From assembly GCA_963674965.2 (NCBI GenBank), contig CAXXFL010000002.1:224001-288000 (forward strand): DNA of 64,000 bases. The letters are read 5' to 3'. Made by a program: the position numbers and the translations under genes. Positions 60,880 to 64,000 of this stretch are shown one piece after another (the stretch's first letter is position 1; each line of letters begins with the position of its first letter). Under the pieces are notes generated by a model. That model worked only from the letters and a program-made list of their open reading frames with translations. It ran no database searches and was not told the DNA's origin. The DNA is from a bacterium. GTDB taxonomy: Bacteria; RBG-13-61-14; DATKZS01.

Positions 60880-62808
60880 ATGCAAAAGAAGACTTCTCAA
60901 AACAAACGGCCGGCCGAGGTAAGAAAAGGAAAAGTGGAGAAAACGGCGAGGTCTACTCCCGCCGCCGCCTTGACCTATTTGCCCCCGGCATTCCTCGCGT
61001 TTATCGCGCACCGGCGCTCTCTTGGGCTCGGGCTCCTCTCGGACGACTGGGGATTCTGGTCAAAGGCCTCAAGCCTTTGGGACTCGATCGCCGCGATGAG
61101 TACCATGGGCGGCAGGTTCGTAAGGCCGGCGCCCGCGCTTCTATGGTGGCTCGACCGTCTGGTCTGGGACAAGAACGCCGCCGGATTTCATCTGACCAAT
61201 TTGATCCTCCTTTGCCTTTGCGTCATGTCGCTTGTAAGGCTCGCTCGGGAACTTGGCCTTTCGCGCCTGGCCGCGGCGGGGGGGGGCGCGCTTCTGGCGG
61301 TCCATTTCGCGGGGGTCGGGTCGGTCGCGTGGTGCTCGAGTCGCTTCGATCTGGTCTGCCTTTTGTTTTCATTGCTCAGCCTGATTTTTTACGCGAGGGG
61401 CGGGGCGCTCGCGGCCGCCGCTTTATTTTTCGCGGCCCTCCTCGCCAAGGAGATGGCCATCACTCTTCCCGCCGTTTTCATGGCCCTTAGCGCCCGGGAC
61501 TGGGCCGAGGGCAAGAAAAGGCGCGGCCTTTTCGGATTGGGAATCATTGGAACGGCATTAATACTCTACCTTGTTTCCCGCTTCATCCTGCTCGGCGGCG
61601 TGGGAGGTTATCGAGTGGGAGGGGCCTCTCTATCCACGGCCGAGCCGGCCGGCTTTTTACTGAAGACGTGGCTCGTCTACCCCGCGAACAGGCTCATGGC
61701 TTTTTCCATTCCGGCCAGGGTTGTCTGGTCCGCGCTCATCCTCATCGGTCTCGCGTCTCGCGAGACCAGGCGAAAGGTCGCGCTCGCCCTCGCCATGGTC
61801 TGGGTCTCGGCCGTTCCCGTCGTCCCCATTCTTCCTCACGACTCGCCGGTCATGAACGACAGGCTGCTTTTGTTTCCTCTGGCGTGCCTGGCTCTTGCCG
61901 GCGCCTTTTGCGTTCCCTTTTCGGGAAGGATTAAATGGGCGGCATTGATACTGGTCCTCGCGGCCGGCGTCATGTCTTTCATGCCCTCGGGGAAATTATA
62001 TGCCGATTGGCAAAAGGCCTCTCGGTCCTCGGCCGAGCTCATATCCGCCCTCGAGCCGATGATGGCTCATATCTCGCCTGGAGACGGGGTTTACGTCGGC
62101 GGCCTTCCCGGACGAGAGTCGGGCGTGCTGGTATCGGGCGCGGGCCTGGCCGCGGCGCTCGAGGAATATCAGATGAAGGAATTCCCGGGAGCCAAAAGGT
62201 CCGAGCTGGTAATCGAGACGGCCGGCTTTGACGACGACCTGGCCCTGGCGTCGATTCGGGCCGATTCCTTTCAGGTCTACCTGATATGGGACCCGAGCGC
62301 TCGCGGGTTCATTGACGTCTCGGACCGGATAAGGAACGCGCTCGCGAAGAGGGACGAGATCGAGAGGTCCGGATCGGCCATCCAGAAAATGGAACTGGTT
62401 GATGGCGGGAAAACTTGTCTTCTCCAACCGGAAAGGGACATTAAAGGAAGCTGCCCTTCCTTCCAGGCTTTGGGCCCGGACCCGGTCCTCGTCGGTCCGG
62501 CCATGGAAATCTCCGCCTGGGCCGTAAGCCGCGTGACCCTTACGATGAGCGCCCGTCCCATCGAGGGGCGGGGGGGCCTGACGGCCAAAGCGGAGCTTTA
62601 CTGGACGGGAGACTCCTTTCCCGGTTTTTCCGAGTCGGCCAAGATTTCCATTCCCATCGAGATGGACGGGGTGGCGCGGGAATACGAGTTCCCTCTCGAG
62701 GACTCCATCTCCTGGCTTCGAACGGGCAAGGTGACAAGGATAAGGCTCGATCCCGCGGACCGCCCCTCCAGGATCGAGATATGGGGGATGGCCATAGAGC
62801 CGATTTAA
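60880..62808 (+). CDS. Polytopic membrane protein, GT-C/TMTC-like with C-terminal carbohydrate-binding-like domain
   Basis: SDD, RFVRP, FHLTN and LAKEMA motifs; C-terminal RIRLDP. Confidence 0.7.
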   Translation: MQKKTSQNKRPAEVRKGKVEKTARSTPAAALTYLPPAFLAFIAHRRSLGLGLLSDDWGFWSKASSLWDSIAAMSTMGGRFVRPAPALLWWLDRLVWDKNAAGFHLTNLILLCLCVMSLVRLARELGLSRLAAAGGGALLAVHFAGVGSVAWCSSRFDLVCLLFSLLSLIFYARGGALAAAALFFAALLAKEMAITLPAVFMALSARDWAEGKKRRGLFGLGIIGTALILYLVSRFILLGGVGGYRVGGASLSTAEPAGFLLKTWLVYPANRLMAFSIPARVVWSALILIGLASRETRRKVALALAMVWVSAVPVVPILPHDSPVMNDRLLLFPLACLALAGAFCVPFSGRIKWAALILVLAAGVMSFMPSGKLYADWQKASRSSAELISALEPMMAHISPGDGVYVGGLPGRESGVLVSGAGLAAALEEYQMKEFPGAKRSELVIETAGFDDDLALASIRADSFQVYLIWDPSARGFIDVSDRIRNALAKRDEIERSGSAIQKMELVDGGKTCLLQPERDIKGSCPSFQALGPDPVLVGPAMEISAWAVSRVTLTMSARPIEGRGGLTAKAELYWTGDSFPGFSESAKISIPIEMDGVAREYEFPLEDSISWLRTGKVTRIRLDPADRPSRIEIWGMAIEPI

Positions 62809-62851
62809 TCCCCCGAGCCCGAGGCTATTCGCTTGCGGGGCGGGAGGAGGT

Positions 62852-63349
62852 TCATTTCACGCCCAGTTGCAGCGTTTGCATGGACATGTCCTCCAGGTCG
62901 CAGATCACGGCGGTGGCTTTCTTCCTTAAGTAGCCGCAGCATTCTCCGGGGTTGAGAATAATCGCCTGGCCCCGTTTTCTTTGCTCGAGGTCGTGGGTGT
63001 GGCCGTAGATGATGAGGTCGAAGTGTCCCGAGTCGGCCAGGGCGTCGATGAGGACCGGCTCGTGCATGAGGGCTATCCTTCTTCCGCCCAGCTCGAGTAG
63101 AATGGGACCTTTTTTTATTTCTCCCTGAAAGTTGCCCGCCAGCTTGTCCAGCATCAGCCACTCCCCGTCGTTGTTGCCGAAGACGGCCGTGAAGGGCAGG
63201 GCGAACTCCTTGAAGGGCAGGTAACAAAAGGGCGAGACGACGTCGCCCCCATGCAGGACCCGCTCGACGCCGGCCTCCTTGAATCGGGCGAGGGCCTCGC
63301 GGATGGTGGCAAGGTTGTCGTGCGAGTCGGACATGACTCCTATCTTCAT
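62852..63349 (-). CDS. Metallophosphoesterase (YfcE/MJ0936 family)
   Basis: SDSHDN, HGGD, GNND, GHTH and NPGE. Confidence 0.92.
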   Translation of the reverse strand: MKIGVMSDSHDNLATIREALARFKEAGVERVLHGGDVVSPFCYLPFKEFALPFTAVFGNNDGEWLMLDKLAGNFQGEIKKGPILLELGGRRIALMHEPVLIDALADSGHFDLIIYGHTHDLEQRKRGQAIILNPGECCGYLRKKATAVICDLEDMSMQTLQLGVK

Positions 63350-63521
63350 GGGCGGCCTCCTTGTAAAGGGCGGTTTCACGGGAATTATAACGGCGCGCCG
63401 CCAAACCTTCAACCGCGCTGATTTCATCGCGGCCCGGCGGGTCCGGCGCTTTTGTCCGGGTTGTTTTCCAGGCGGGTTGAAGATTATAATTAGTCCAAAT
63501 CACAAAGTCGGAGGACCTTTG

Positions 63522-64000
63522 ATGCGACGGAATGGATTTTCGCGTTTTATTCCCGGCCGGCCCGCGGCGGCCATCCTGCTGGCGGCGTCGTTTTTTCTCG
63601 TTCACTGCGAGAGGACCAGGGAACTTGAGATAACCTCGGTGACTCCCGCCGAGCAGTTCGTCGGCGACCCGGTCATGGTCGAGGTCTCGGGCCACGCCTT
63701 CGACGCCAAGGCCAGGGTCTGGTTCGGGCTGGTCGAGGCCAGGCAGTCGATCGTGGTCGGTCCCGACAAAATAATTGCCCTTCCCCCCCGCCAGGTTTTC
63801 GCGGGCCCTTGCGACGTGAAGGTCCAGAACCCCGACGGCAAATCGGCCCTCTCCAAGGCGGCCATCAAGTTCGAGAGCCGTCTGGCCGTTACCTCCGCCG
63901 AGCCGTCCTTCAAGCCCCTTAAGCTGGAGGGCCTGTCCGCCCGCCTCATCGGACAGAACTTCATGGAGGGGGCCAGGGTGTTTTTCGGCCAGGCGGAAAG
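63522..64000 (+). CDS. IPT/TIG-domain lipoprotein (3' partial; not in the ORF track)
   Basis: RBS GGAGG; my translation gives ...LVHC, ITSVTP, VSGHAF, RVWFG and DVKVQNPDG; open to the window end. Confidence 0.75.
   Translation, partial: MRRNGFSRFIPGRPAAAILLAASFFLVHCERTRELEITSVTPAEQFVGDPVMVEVSGHAFDAKARVWFGLVEARQSIVVGPDKIIALPPRQVFAGPCDVKVQNPDGKSALSKAAIKFESRLAVTSAEPSFKPLKLEGLSARLIGQNFMEGARVFFGQAE

Overview
A GC-rich bacterial chromosomal segment whose gene content looks deltaproteobacterial (inference from pilD-pilS-pilR, ispE-spoVG-tRNA-Gln-prs-rplY-pth and FHA/Ser-Thr kinase genes). Most of it is housekeeping or metabolic: hppA, gmhA, tyrS, meaB, TetR-etfBA, uxuB-like/uxaE, an ECF sigma operon and three tRNAs. 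The standout is a ~5 kb accessory island (about 42780-47900) between tyrS and the ECF operon. It holds two intact paralogous secreted proteins and one truncated copy, built as signal peptide + 'YQGRL' N-domain + Cys/Asp metal-binding motif + non-catalytic FGE/C-type-lectin domain. The last 41 codons of the two intact genes differ in the NNY pattern expected from adenine-specific DGR mutagenesis. Each gene is followed by a conserved GC-stem GTAA-tetraloop hairpin, and one has a TTGACA-N17-TGTAAT promoter with a G9 tract in the spacer. No reverse transcriptase or template repeat is visible in the window, so these look like remote diversity-generating retroelement targets. Also notable are two ~98% identical 187-bp MITE/REP hybrids in inverted orientation around a 5.3 kb two-gene segment, an era 3' remnant, an attC-like hairpin and a low-GC HEPN-like ORF.
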